From the human T2T-CHM13v2.0 reference genome, Homo sapiens, in the NCBI RefSeq assembly GCF_009914755.1, contig NC_060927.1: a DNA stretch of 64,000 nt, one strand, 5' to 3'. Below are positions 1-14,579 of the stretch, piece by piece. The notes beneath the pieces are model-generated. The model was not told the origin of the DNA. It did no database searches and was given only the letters and a program-made list of their open reading frames with translations. Each line of letters opens with the position of its first letter. The first letter of the stretch is position 1. Position numbers and translations under genes: made by a program.

Positions 1-487
<487 letters not shown>

Positions 488-879
488 TATTCTGTTAGCT
501 CACCAATGTTTACCTGATCTTACACTTGTCCTAACTTCTAATATGGAAAGGATAGGCCAATGATATAGTAGAGTGCTTAGATTTGACTGTTGACCACTGG
601 CTCTCAAAGCCTCTCCAGTATAACTGCCTCTGCCTCTTCACCCCATCTCCCACTGTGCCTAAAACCCAACACTCCAGCCAAAGAGTAATCATGCGCTGTT
701 GCCTGAACATACCCCATACTTGTCTCCTACTAGTCTTTGCTCATGCCAGTCTTCCTAACTCAAAGGCTCTCCCTTTGCTCTGTTTACCTCTTGATAACTT
801 ATCCGTCTACCAACCAAGAATTTTTAACATCTGAAATGATTCACAAATGGAATGGGATGGGCTCAAACGATAAAAATAA

Positions 880-1075
880 TAATGGCTAATTTGGTGTCAG
901 GAACTGTGCTAAGCATGTGGAATACATTATTCTCATAATTACCTAAGAGGGAGCTATAATAATCCTCATTTCATAGATGAGGCCCAGGAGGGTCAAAGAA
1001 CATTTCCAAGGTCACTCAGCTGGGATTCTGACCCAATCAGTAGGACTTTAGAGCTGGGCTGTTAACCTGTACCCT
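880..1075 (-). mobile_element. MIR SINE
   Basis: cctcatttcatagatgagg...ccaaggtcactcagct resembles the antisense MIR core. Confidence 0.7.
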
Positions 1076-1248
1076 CTATGCCTCTAATGGTCCTTCTAAC
1101 ACTGTGACCCTGGCATTTTATAATGTAACTGTTTCTCCCCAGATCCCTTTCTGAATGCCCCCAATGAGGTGTAAGCCCTCCTTACTCTGGAAGTTATCTC
1201 ACTGGCCTCACCCGACATATTTACATACTTTTTTCATCTCACCAAATA

Positions 1249-1382
1249 CAGATGGTCCCTAACTTCAATGGTTCATCTCAAATTTTTTTGACTTTTTAAT
1301 GGTTTACTGGGAGTATTAAATGCATTTTAACTCATGATAAGTTTATTGGGACACAGCTCCATCATATGTCATAGAGCATGTA
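1249..1382 (+). mobile_element. MER47-family (Tigger5-related) internally deleted MITE
   Basis: TA|cagatggtccc...gtattaaatgcatttt...gggacacagctccatcatatgtcatagagcatgta|TA; termini resemble MER47. Confidence 0.7.
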
Positions 1383-1673
1383 TACTGGGTAAGCTTCATG
1401 AAAGCGGAAACTCTGGCTGATTTACCCACAATCAGACTGTCTGAGCTGCAGCAGATATTAAAGTATTTTTCGTGAATGAACATCTTTCATGCTTCACACA
1501 GTAGAAGTGCTCCGTAAATGGTTGTGGTGTGTGTTGAATTCTGTTCAAACAATTATCAGGAACAACAGTCACAGTTTTTCACAGTAGCACACTGGAACCC
1601 CCTTTCTTCACTGTGAGTGCTGCCCTGACCCTGACAATCAGGTCAACTGGACAGTCTGTTCTCACCAGTCTCA

Positions 1674-2008
<335 letters not shown>

Positions 2009-2544
2009 TCACTTGCTTTGACTCGTGGCCAAGTCCAGAATTGTGTCATTTTAAAAAACTGGTTTTTAAAAATCCTAAGTTGTTTCCACCTGCAGGCATA
2101 GGCAGAGGAGCCTTTGTCCCTCACTACGCTGACCCCGAGTGGTTCCAGTCCCATCATTCCAGAAACCCCTCTCTGGTCTTGTATCAAAAACACCACAAAT
2201 CACTGGGATTGCTCTGTCATGGGGTAGAAGGGGCTCGAGGACAAAGTTTAGCTTAAAACCAGAGTGAATTTATTTCTATTACATATGGTTAAATCATGAC
2301 TTCTTTTCTAATCCCTAAAGCTAAACAGTAGAGTCATGCTGGAGACACACCATCATCTATGTCAATCAGACAAAATTAAAACAGAGACCAACATCTCCTT
2401 GTTTCATTTAATTTTGTTCTCTTGTTACTGCATGTGTGACACCAAGAACCACTTGACCTTTGGACAAAAAAGTAGTTATATATAAGCCATGTATGGCTAA
2501 GGTCCTGTTTTCACAGGCCAGGAACATGTAACAGCTCTAATTCT

Positions 2545-3305
2545 TGTTGACTCTATTTCTGAAATAGAGTCTGAATATGTACACTTCTTTCTGTCTCAAA
2601 GTCTACCCCCTAGGCCAGACCACCATTGCTTCTTACCTGGGGAACAGGGCAGTATCTGCTCTTAACTGACCTGCCGGCCCCCGCTCCCTATTCTAATCCT
2701 TTCTGTATACAGCCGCCAGAAGGGCTTGACACAAATGTAAAGCAGGGAACCCTGACCCTGTGCTTCAATGACTTTTCAATGCATGGAGAATAACCAAGCA
2801 CATTACCTGGCCTGCAAGGCCCTGCATAATGTGATGTGGCACTGTACAGATGGCCATGTCCACCTCGGGCCACTCTCCCTCACACCTCCTGCACCCTGGG
2901 CTCATTGGCTTCCTCTCACACCTGAGCACTTGCTGCTCCTTTGACCTGGAGCTCTCTTCTTTCAGCTCCCCAGGACTGGCTCTTGCTCATCCGTTAAGTT
3001 TCAGCTAAGTGTCACCTTCAGAAAGTCCTCTCTACCTATGCTTTCTACAAAGGTCTCTGCCTTCCCTCACCCACCCCATGCTATTTTCTATTACATTACG
3101 TATTTTTTTCTTCCTGCTCCTTTTTACACAAACTGCAATGATTGTCTTTACGTATTGACTTACTTATCTTCAATTTTCCCTATTGGAATGTAATTCCATG
3201 AGGGCACAGCCCTTGTTTATCTTGTTTGGCATTGTACCCCCTATTAACCTGCAACACATCACATGGATGTAAACAGTATCTGTGCAATGAATAAATTAAC
3301 GAATG
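2545..3305 (+). mobile_element. L2 LINE 3' portion
   Basis: Degenerate L2 3' end: ggaatgtaattccatgagggcacag...aatgaataaat. Confidence 0.75.
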
Positions 3306-3309
3306 CCAA

Positions 3310-3740
3310 GTTCCATCACATTCCAAGGTCTGTCATTACCTGGGCCCCTGCCATCCTTTCCAGCCTTATCAACCAGCGCTCTCCCACATGGACAATTACG
3401 CAAGGCACACTGAGCCACTTCCTTCAGGAATAGGTCACTTTTTCTTGCCTCTGAAATTTTATACCAGCTGTTGCCTCTCGCTAGGATGTCTTTCTTCCCT
3501 TCCTCACTCAACTCTAATTCTGCTCAAGGATCAGTTTAATTGTTACTTCCTCTAGGATTTCGAAAGAATTTTTGAATGCACCAAGGCAAAGTTAAATGTG
3601 GCAACAATCTGTCAGAAAAGCTGCCTTTTGGTGGGTGAGTCCCAGAAGTATAGAAATCATGGCTAAATCGTACCTTTATCTTCAATACAATACCTGGCAC
3701 ACAATAGGTGTTCAATAAGTGTTAGGCAAATGAGTGAGTT
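3310..3740 (+). mobile_element. Second L2 fragment
   Basis: cctggcacacaataggtgttcaataagtgtt is an L2 3' terminus. Confidence 0.55.
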
Positions 3741-4793
3741 TAACTAAATTATAACTTCCTGAGAACTAACAACATCTCAATCACTACGCTCAGTATAGAT
3801 TGAGGCTGAGGGCCGCCAATGTTGGCAGCAGCAAAGCCTGCTTAAATATAATAACTACAGCTGCATTGCACAGAAGTCCAGTTAGTGCAGAAGCATAAAG
3901 TTTTGAGGGTGTGTGAAAGGAAGAAAGACAAAGTTCAGGTGAGACATGGAAGCAACGAGAAATGCAACATGGGGCGAGTAAGCCAGCACTTTCTGCTTTC
4001 ACTTCTATCACTTTGGAAACATTTAGTCCAGAATGATCTGGGGGTTCTTACTTATGGTTCTAAGACAGCCTCCACATTCCTCAGCATGTCCAGTCACAAT
4101 CACCATCTCCCCAAGAAGGCACAAAGTAAGCATCTGTAAATCCATAGTTGGCTATTTTGGAAAATTAGTGTTAAATAAGAATAAAAAAAAAAAACCCTTC
4201 ACCTTTATGTGTAATAAAGCACTGCTTAACAATCAAGGTCACCCATGTCAATAACACTCCCCAAGCAAAGCTTCATATCTTTTTAATTCCTAGGCTCATA
4301 AAGACCATTGTCACTAACATCATTACAGGATTCAAGGGAGAATAACATAAAGAGAATGTGCAGGATAATTTTCAAAATAAAAGAGAAAAAAATGACACAT
4401 CTACATATCAAACCACACAAGTCCCGTGTCTGATAAAATCACAATTATAGATTTGGTGCATTTAACCAGTCATACATGCCATGCATTTGCGAAGGTGCCA
4501 TATGGGGGAGTTGTGGAAAGTCAAATAATTCCTAGACTTTTTCTTTCTGAGCACATGTGACAATGAATATTATTTACCCCTGTAGTATAGAAATTATGAA
4601 GCTTAAGACCCCATTGCTTCTTTTTAATAAAAGCTAACACATCACAGCTTACTGCTTGACCCAGCTCCTTGGTCTTTGCACGTTCTCCTCTCTGGGCAGC
4701 TCTCTCTCAGTTTTACCCCCTACCACAGGAAAGGAGACAGCTGTGTTTCTAGACTTGACAGACTTGTTTTTACTTGATAAACACATTGTATAT

Positions 4794-5373
4794 TGTAGGG
4801 GAGAAAACGATCACCCCTATTCCCCTCCTTAGTTCTTATGTGGGCTCTTTGGCCCGATCTAGGAACCAAATTGACACAACACAGATTAACAAAGAAAGGC
4901 GTACACATTTTATTAATTTTACACATACATGGGAATCTTCACAAGACAGTGAAGTTCAAAGAAGTGACCAAAGCAACATGCTTTTACACGTTTTAGACAA
5001 AAACAAACAAACACCACGATAAATTTGTGAAGAAATGACAGGATAAAAAGGGATCTGGCTAGGGAAAATAATTTCTATGGGAGTGACCAGGAGCTATATG
5101 AATGTAAAACAAGTAGAAGGTAAGGATTATTTCAGGAAGTTTATTTGTTCAGACACATTGCAGCACCTAATCACAGTCTCCACTGATAAGGAATATTCTC
5201 TTACCCTTGTACGGAGAAGGCAGCCCTCCCAAAAGAATCTTTATGGCTTGCTACGTGTAGAAAAAGACTGGTCAGTTAGCCCTCTGCAATTATACTTTTT
5301 CCAACGTTTTCAGCTCGAAATAATCAACATACCAATTCGCATATTCTGGGATGGCATGTCCTTCACTGCTTCA
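4794..5373 (-). mobile_element. ERV1 solo LTR, MER34/MER39 group
   Basis: TG...CA termini; the minus strand starts TGAAGCAGTGAAGGACATGCCATCCCAGAATATG...GATTATTTCGAGCTGAAA, like MER34/39 LTR 5' ends. Confidence 0.7.
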
Positions 5374-7451
5374 GGAATATGTTTTCCTTTGTGCTTTACT
5401 TGGATATTAAGTTCCAACCAATTTTAACTACATGTCGCTTGTGCATAATATTGCCACTTCTAAAAAGCTGATCACTTTCTGAGTTAGAAAGCTTATCTGC
5501 TTTCCCTCCTTATAGACACTTCTGAAGCAGAAAGGAAGTAATTCCTATGCTCCTATCAGATATGGGCTCATATTTCTGTTTCAAATTTAAGTCTGTGACC
5601 CCTACATGAGGCCAGGATTTTGAGAAGAGTGAGGAAGGTAGACTCTTTTTAAACCATGCCACAGGCAAAAACTCAGAACTCATTTTGGGGAGGAAAAAAA
5701 GTCCTATCAAACCAGTATACTATAAATTAAACAATGTAGCATCAAAGATAAGTTTTCCTTTAGTTGTTACCCCTGAGTGGTCACGTAGCCATAAGAAAAT
5801 CACCTCCTTGTCAACACATCATCAATCAACCAGTGTTCATTAAATACCAACTCTGTGCTAGAACCTGCTTGGTATAGAGAATTCTATTTTGTGTTCAATG
5901 TGTGCATTCAGTGCTTTGATTGTAATTATCTTTGAAATGACCCAAATCATTCCAAACAACTATAAGTGACTTTATATTCAGAATAGCAAAAAGCTGACTT
6001 GAACACACAATGTAAAAGTCTTGAAGAGAGAGTGAATTAAACTTTTTTTTTTTTTTTTACAACAATCAGTGGGCTTATAGAATAGAAAGAGAAAGAGGGG
6101 GAGAGGTTTTTATCTTTTAGAATTGCAATGCAGTGAATAGTGATACTAGAAGAACAATCACCAAAAGATTACAGATGAGAACTTCAGATGAAAATAACAA
6201 TGAAACAAAGCAAAATTCAATTAATGGCCTTAGAGAATGTGAGATCAGAAAGAGAAACTGAAAGTTTTTTAGACTTCTCTTTAAGACAGATAAAATTTAG
6301 AATTTTTAAAAATCCATAATAAAAACCAGAACAATGCTACCTCGCCAAAGTTGAGTTCAAATTTAGTCACTTCAGTCACCAAGAATCCAGGAAACTTAGT
6401 TACTATGGGAACAGAGGTCCTCCTCTTCAGAAAGGAGGGCAGTGTTTCTTTCAAATTCCACCAGCTAAATTCAAGATCAATGATGGTTGTTTAATATCCT
6501 CTCTTGAAGCTCTTACTGCCTTTAGTATATTTTAAAATAAAATAAAAACTCAACAATAATGGAGCTCAATTAAGCATAATTTGTGTGCTTCAACCTTTGG
6601 CTGGGTGACTGCTCTGTACCGTTCACACTTGTACTGTAGAGCATTGCAATTTTTAATTAAGATCACTCATTCTATTTCCCCTGAACCAACCAATGTTGAG
6701 GTTATTGTTTGGATACAAAACTCTCCAGGATACGGCTTCACTTAACAAGGACTTTGTTTCTTTCAAGTACCAGGCACTCACTGGTTCTGAGTATAGGCTG
6801 CCTGCCCTACTTTAAAATGCATCTCAACTTTATTTCAGAGACAGTAAGATTTCATTGTTACTCTACAGGACTTAGAAATAAATGCATGCATGTACTCACA
6901 CACAAAATCTCTCGATAATTTTGCATATAATACAGTTTTTGTGCTCTATGCCAACAAAGAACAGAATGTTTAGTAAATCACAGAGAAACACCTTTATTTC
7001 TTGAGACTGAGATATGTGTGGCTTCTCTACTTTTCTAGGAATTACATTTAAAATGTAAGAGGACAAGACCTCATTCAACCTTTTATGCCTACTTTAGTGA
7101 TCAGGGTGAAACATATAAGAATATTGCAACACCAAAGCTGTGTGTCACTACTCAGCTAATGGTACCTATAAAGAAACTTCTCTTAATTAGCTTTACCCTG
7201 AACTAACTTCCTTTGCTCTGCCATGTATAATTAAATATGTTAGCAAGACAGAAATGTGAGATGTAGCAGCTTTCACACCCAAATTTCCGACTCCAAATTT
7301 ATAAAAAGTGTGGATTTTTTTTTAGTTGAAAGCCCATCATGAAGTATTTTACTTTTACTCTAAAAACTTTCAAAATTACATTAAAAGAAGAAAAAGAAAA
7401 TGGGCAGGAAAATTAGTAATGAGAGATGAATTTTCAGAGAAAAGAATTCTA

Positions 7452-8176
7452 CAGTAGTCCCTCCTGATCTGCAGTTTCCCATTCAGTGCTTTCAGTTACC
7501 CTTGGTTAACCATGGTCCAAAAATATTAAATGGAAAATCCCAGAAATAAACAATTCATAAGTTTTCAACTGCAAGCAGTTCTGAGTAGTGTGATGAAATC
7601 TCATTGTCTCTCACTCTGTCTCTTCTGGAGCGGGAATCTTTCCTTTGTCCAGCATATTCTGGCTGTATATGCCACTCACCTGTTAGATACTTAGTAGCTA
7701 TCTCTGTTACCAGATCAACTGTTGTGGTATGGCAGTGCTTATGTTTAAGTAACTCTTCTCTTACTTAACGATAGCCCCACAGAAGAGTAGTGATGCTGTA
7801 AATTTGGATATGCCAAGGAAAAGTCCCAAAGTATCTCTTTTAAGTGAAAAGTCAAAAGTTCCTGATTTAGTAAAGAGAAGTCATATGCTAAGGGTGGCAA
7901 CACCTATAGGAAGAATAAATCTTCTATCCATGAAATTGGGAAAAAAAGAAAAATTCATGCTAGTTTTGCTCTCACACCTCAAACCGCAAAAGTTTCAACC
8001 ACAGTTCATGATAAGTGCTTAATTAAGATGGAAAAGGCATTAAATCTGTGAAAGGAAGACATGAACAGAAATGTGTTCGTTCCTACTGATGGCAATTAGG
8101 TTCGGTACCATCTGTGATTTCAGGCACCCACTGGGGGTCTTTGATTGTATCCCCTGTGGATAAGGGGGTACTGTTG
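7452..8176 (+). mobile_element. MER44B-like (Tigger7 derivative) DNA transposon with both TIRs and a decayed transposase N-terminus
   Basis: TA|cagtagtccctcc...ggataagggggtactgttg|TA; ORF 7804-8022 (MPRKSPKVSLLSEKSKV) resembles the Tigger7 CENP-B-like HTH start but is frameshifted. Confidence 0.9.
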
Positions 8177-8944
8177 TATATCAAACAAAATCTGAGGTGC
8201 CCAGCCAAGGACAGTGCTGCTTCCCAGAAGAGATGAGACTCCCCTATCCTTTCTATCTTCCCAAAGGGTGCATGTAGTGTACGCCCATTGGTCTCTCCCT
8301 TTCAGGAGTGAATCCAAAAGCCACAATATTGATGGACGGCAGGAAACGTCCAGTATCTGGGCTCTGAAGAACCTTGAGGATAGAATCCAGCTCCAATCAT
8401 ACAGTTCCTCTGTATGGATACCTTAAACAAAAGTGTATTTTATCCTTTTTAATTTGGCATCCCTTAGAAATGTGAAACTTCCTTGTGAAAACTGCTCTTT
8501 AAGGAAACGAAACTTTTTTATTGTAAGCCTTCCCATTGTCTATATATAATTAAGAAAAGATCAGTGATAGTTCACGGTGGTTTTATAATAGGTGAATTAA
8601 TCAGTTTTAAAAAGCTGAATTTTACATGCATTTGACAACCAATCTGGGCACTATTTTCCTAGGAAAAGGCTCATTTGATTAAATAAATTTTAACCTTTAA
8701 AAGCTTTAATTCTTTTTTTTTTTTTTTTTTTTTGTACACAAAGGACTCTTTTGTGATGGTTGGATCAACTTACACATCCAGAGCACATGTGCATAGATAA
8801 AACTTTGCAGTAAACTATCCTGTTACAGATAGCTTTTCTTACACATAAAAATACATTCTGATGAGCAATCTAGGGGAAACAAAACTAAAAAAAATTAAAA
8901 TACAGATATACAATTCATATTCTAATCTTATCAGAATAACCTAC

Positions 8945-9364
8945 TGTTAAAACACAAACTGAGGCAGGATAAAATTTTAAAGAGTTTATTTGATCGAACA
9001 ACAATTCATGCATTGGGCAGCTTCTAACTGGAAGTCATTCACGAGCTCCACAGAGGGAACATGATGGGTGGACTTTTATAGGAAGGTCACAAAAGTAAAG
9101 CAAGTCAGTATGTGACTGGTTATAGCTCTATAATTGCCTTATTTGCTCTATCCCATTAGAAAGTCACTAAATATATATACATAAGTTTGTTGGCTACTTC
9201 CAACTGGACAGGCTTAAGTTCTGTTTTCCTTTAATATAGGCATTTGCAAGGAATAGCTTAAGTTTCACTTAAGCTTTGCAAGCCAAGCAAGGTTTAGGTC
9301 ACTTATGAGGTCTGATATCATCTGTTTCTTTCAGGCCTAGTCTCCATTTTAATTTACTTTAACA
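8945..9364 (-). mobile_element. ERV1 solo LTR, MER57 group
   Basis: TGTTAAA...TTTAACA termini, near 4-bp TSD (ctac/ctat); the minus strand starts TGTTAAAGTAAATTAAAATGGAGAC. Confidence 0.7.
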
Positions 9365-10226
9365 CTATCCATAAGAATATTAAAAACAGGCAGCAGATAT
9401 GCAGATATTTTATCAATACAACCTTTTATAAATACAGGAAAGAATAGTGTTGACAGTCTAAATTTGCTTCCTTGAGGCATTATCTGTTTGACCAGATTTA
9501 ATCATTTAATTTGAAACAAAGAAACAAATACTACTCTGGGGTTGCTGTGAAAGGACATTCAGAGTGGACAAAACCTCTTTAAACTTTTCTTCAAGGTTTC
9601 ATCTTCACATATATGTTAGTTTGGTTACTTTGACAGATTGGTCAACTTAATCCAATACAGTTTTATGGGTCCGGAAAGTGCTTTGCTTGACTTTGACCGT
9701 ATGTGTCATGTCAGTTAAGTTAAAAGCTAATTCAATGTGTCCACTTCGGGGTTATTTCCATCATAAGGCATTATGTTTTTACTTGGGTTGTATGGGGGAG
9801 TTCCTCTGAATTGACTAGACAGATGGGAGGTTTAGACACAGTTTAATATTCTGTACTTGCAGAAGCAACTATTGAGAGCTTTGATTACAACTAAATTCAA
9901 GCTAGCTCAAAAGTTGGTTCTCAGCCATTTAAGTCAAAAGGTTAGGTAATGTCACTCCCTCCAGGGGTTCATTGTCCAGTTTTTCTGTGTATTCATTTTG
10001 TTTTTATTTCATGCCTATCTAGTACCCACCCCTGTGTCCCACCTATGCCTGAATTCTTACTGTGTAAACTCTTTTGGATGGGAAATGACCAGCTCCTGCT
10101 ACTGACCACAGCCCTCCCTCTTGCCAGAGCCTGAAGGACAGGGGACTCCTAGCTCGACAGATCATGCTAAAATTATACCTTGTGCTTAGCATTTCTTGGC
10201 CTTTAATCCTGTCCCAGTTACTTCTC

Positions 10227-10524
10227 TTTTTTTTTTTTTTTTGAGACAGAGTCTCGCTTTTGTCGTCCAGGCAGGAGTCCAATGGCTTGACCTCAGCTCA
10301 CCACAACCTCCACCTCCTGGGTTCAAGTGATTCTCCTACCTCAGCCTCCCCAGTAGCTGGGATCACAGGTGTGCGCCACCAAGCCCACCTAATTTTACAT
10401 TTGTAGTAGAGACGGGGTTTCTCCATGTTGGTCAGGCTGGTCTCGTACTCCCGACCTCAAGTGATCTGCCCACTTCAACCTCCCAAAGTGCCAGGATTAC
10501 AGGCGTGAGCCACCATGCCCAGCC
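10227..10524 (-). mobile_element. AluSp/Sq-like full-length Alu
   Basis: poly(T), dimeric Alu antisense, flanking cttctct repeat as TSD. Confidence 0.97.
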
Positions 10525-12054
10525 ATTCCTTCTCTTTTCTAAGATTTGAGTTCTCATTGTTAATCTGGTAATTTTCTTTTTCACACCAGATAACCAGAGC
10601 TGGTTTCTGCATTGCTAACTGGGAGCTTCCTAACTAAAAGAGCCTCACAAACAGTTAATTCTGCTCTAGATGCTGTAAAAGAGGGGGACGGGGGTAGGGG
10701 CAGGGAGAGAGAGAGATTACAGTGATAAAATGAAAATGCTGTTTCAGCCAGGAAGTTTTTTCTCCCCCATCTCATATATTAAAATGGGCCTGATTTTCTA
10801 ACTTCAGCATAAAAGCCCAGTAAGAAATATTAGCTCTTCAGTTAATGTCATTCACACAAGGAATTTATCAGCAGAGTTTGTGTTTGAACTTTTCATGTCA
10901 TCTCACGCATCTCAGAGGGTATTAAACTCCATAAAACACAATCCCAAAAGTGAAATATTTCCCACTTTTACTCTATAAGTGAGTCTTAGGGAACGGAAAA
11001 AAAAATTCCATGTCTGGCTTATTCCTAAAGAGAGAGTAAATAGAGATATTTCTTGGGCCAAATAATGAGAAGAATCACAACCCTTAGGGTTTATGTTCCA
11101 AAGGCCTCCAAATCCCAACAGGTCCAGCAAAGCAGAACAGAGAAAGGGGCTGAATATACATGAAGAGAATAACAGAAGCAAGTGGTTAATGGTTTCCTTA
11201 AATGCGGCAGAAAATGGCTTATGTGTACCTAAGTATCCTATAGTACTGAGACTTACCAAGAAGAAAAGGTGAAAATGGAACTTGAGGCCCCTGGAAGACA
11301 TGTTCTTAGCTTTGCCTGCTGGCTTTCTGCATAAATCTGACCTTTCTGCAGGTGAAGTTCTTCTTTACAGCCCAGTTTCTCCTCTTAGTTGGCTACTGAC
11401 CCACAGTAGCAGCCAAAATTAAACCAATGATGTATTTCTCGTACTTCCCCAAATCACTTTTCTTTAAATAAGTTAATAATAATCCAAACTTGCATTTTTC
11501 AGCTGAGTGCTTTGATACTTGCTTCTCAAAAAACTACTTGGAAGGTAAAGGAGTTTTCTTTTCGAGACCTCGATCAGAAATACTCCATGATTCACGCACT
11601 CAGTTAGGCCTAAATTAGCCCAATGTTATGGCTATAAAGGAAACAGGAAACCTGTGTTCCAGGGACAATCTTCTTCATCACTCTATTCCCAGCGTCCTCT
11701 CATATGAGGACACGGGGGGTTGGGCTACCTCCATAGAATGATAATAAAAGTTTGCCTCCAAAATAATTTGGAATTTTTGGGTTAAGCATCAGGACATTTC
11801 ATATCATGTAATATACTAACATTCAGTATAAATCTCTAAGCAGGGTAAGTGGGCTCAGAATAAGTCACAATCTCTCAACTCATTTCACCATCTTGAAAAT
11901 TTCTTCCATGGAGCACAAAGATGAACTAAGTAATCACCACATTCCTCGCAACATTTATACTTTCTGATCAGGACAAAATGATTCTAAGGAGTGATTAAAG
12001 CAGGGTAAGAGAGTCTTCTCACCCTAATGAATCCAAAGATCACCAAATAGACAC

Positions 12055-12260
12055 CAGTTTATGGCTTAGTGATGTAAAACAGGTGTGATTCAGAGCCAAG
12101 TTTACGTAAGTTCAAATTCTGTTTCCATCTTTGGTAGCTGTGCATTCTTGGATAAGTTACATCACCTCCGAGCCTCAGTTTCTTAATCTGTAAAACAGAC
12201 ATACTAACATGACTTCATAGAGGTGTTTGAAATAGATTATCTAAAATAAGCACCAAGTGT
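12055..12260 (+). mobile_element. MIR SINE
   Basis: ttggataagttacatcacctccgagcctcagtttcttaatctgtaaaa MIR core. Confidence 0.85.
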
Positions 12261-13529
12261 TACATATAATGGTTATTTCAGTTATTCATTGATTTAATTC
12301 AATTACCATTAAGGTTGAGACCTGGTCATCATTACCCAGTTAAGGAAGGGGTTTGACATAAAAACCACTCAAGATTTCTTCCCACTTTAGGACTTTATGA
12401 TTGCCTTTAATTTTTCATGTTTCAATTATGTAACTAAAATCTTCTATTCCATATATATCAGAACACACCCCATCTAATCTCTGCTAAGTGTTTCTCTACT
12501 CTGCCTGTCCCATGAAACAATTCCCAAAGCCTAGGAGAGTCTCCTGTGATACAGATACCAAAATGACGTGGGTCAGAAGTAACTCATACATCCATATTGT
12601 CAGAGGTGAACTATACAAAATACTGAGTACACTACAGAGTGATCTGATAGGCCAAGAAGAAAAAAAAGTAATCTGATAGACCGAGAAGAAAAAAAAAGTA
12701 TATGTTGTTTCTCTACTAAAGAATGTCACCGCATATTGATTTTTCTAGTCTTTTACAAAGACTGTGTTCAGAATTTAGATCAGTGTTAGAGAAATTCACT
12801 TATAAATTCACATATACCCGTATATAACGATACAGTCCTGTATCTAAGGATAAAGTCCTAGCTTAAATCTGGAATGAGTAAAAACAAAGTGTAAAGTTAA
12901 AAATGCCCCTCTGGTAAGACAAACATATGCTTTTCACCCAAAGGTGCAGTTAAAGAATAACAACAAAAGTTGGTAGTGAGATCCCTCTAAAACCACTGAT
13001 ATATAATAGACTCCTACTGACACCCTAGAAAAATGATGCCAACCCATGCAGATTAGTTTCTTCCAGCAATGTAATTACCCATTTCTTTGGGGCTATCTTT
13101 CCTTCAATGGTGATTTGAGAAATACCTTTCATTTATACTCCATTTTGCACAAATAAACTACATTTAAAGCTCTATAATTAGCTGTCCTTTGCTACTGTAA
13201 AATTCAGTGTTTTTGTCCAAAAGGAACAGACTATTGATTTACAAAGAAGCTGAAATGCTGTCAAACTACCCACTGAAGAAGTAAGAAAAAAGTGGTCCCT
13301 ATCTTGGCTCTGCCTCTAGACTAGCTCTTGTCCTACCTCAGCTTTGTATCCACATACCGAGCCTTCTGTTAAGGTTTAGACTTGCACAGCCAAGGCCTCC
13401 CAGGCATCTCCCCATTGACATCTAAGAGACACCTCAAATTAAACATCCAACTCTTTGCCTGAAACACCGTTCCTTAAGGGCTTTCCAGATTAGCCCTTTT
13501 TTGCCTCTATTATTTGTATCTCTTAAATG

Positions 13530-14560
13530 CTTACTATTGCAAGATGTAGAAAATCCCAACTAAAACGGGCATAAACCATAAGAGAAATTATTGTCTCACA
13601 CACTAAGATAAGTGGCTCAGTGAAGCTAAGTATGGGATTATTTCTCTTTGCTCATGAAAGCATCAATGTGTCAGTTGGGTTCAAGTACAAGAATCAGAAC
13701 CCATTCTAGATATTTTAAGCAGGGGAGATTTAATACAGCAAAGTTGGTGCTGGAGAAATAACTTGGAGGGCTGAAAGTACAACTCTAGGTAGAGCCTTCA
13801 GTAAGGACTCCCAGAACAATATCCCATTGACCTCATGGAACTTGTAAGGAGCCACTCCTCCTGAAGCTGTCTTGGAGCCATAGTAAAATCAAGAACTTGT
13901 CACCATTACAACTGACTCTACTAATGCAAGAAACCATAGAATGCTTATCTGTAGCTGTGGTCCCGAGTTTCAGAAGCCTGATCATAGCGCTGCCACTGCT
14001 GCTTCTGCCATCCCAACCATTTCGTAAAACTCAGAAAGCTGGAGAGTGGGCAGAAAAACACGACTGCAGGGAACCTGGACATTGCCACAGCTACGTTTAC
14101 CAGCAGAAACAGCCAAAGGAGGGCTGAAATATGGCCTCCACATCGCTTTCACCTTCCACACATCACATATACACATCTAATTGGAGAAGACTTTTTTTGA
14201 AGCTGGCTAAAAGAGAATCTGAGAAATGATGCTTTTAGTTTTGCAACAACTTTAACTTGAATGAGGATAGAATGGAAACTACATAAATTCATCTAGAGCA
14301 TACGAAAATACCAGCTTCCTGGGTGAGTCTTTACATAGGAGCATGATGGAAGCAAGCAGCAATCAAGGCTGCCACAGCCTTTGATATGTTCTAACAGTAG
14401 AGAAGAAAAAAATCTCTTTCCTGGCTATGGCATAGAAGGCCTTCCTTTACTCCTTATGGAACCACTTTAAGCCATTTGCTGACTCACAGTCGAATACCAC
14501 TGACCATGGAATGCTATGGGCTGATTGGCTCAGATGGACAATCTGTTGAGTGTCAACCAC
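13530..14560 (-). mobile_element. Old MLT1 (MaLR) LTR interrupted by an LTR33/LTR41-like ERVL LTR (~13667-14290)
   Basis: tgtgtcagttgggttcaag...ctagatattttaagcaggggagatttaataca and atctaattgg...gagaatctgagaaatg resemble LTR41/33 antisense; flanks carry MLT1-like ggaatgctatgggctgattggctcag. Confidence 0.55.
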
Positions 14561-14579
14561 AGTGTAGTCTATAGTGTGC

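Noticed and set aside
2085-2250. GC-richer segment, possible exon or pseudogene fragment
   Set aside because: Weak donor (CAG|GTGGAA), no recognisable protein, no poly(A) or TSD
7804-8022. Transposase-like ORF
   Set aside because: Frameshifted N-terminal relic within non-autonomous MER44; no catalytic domain
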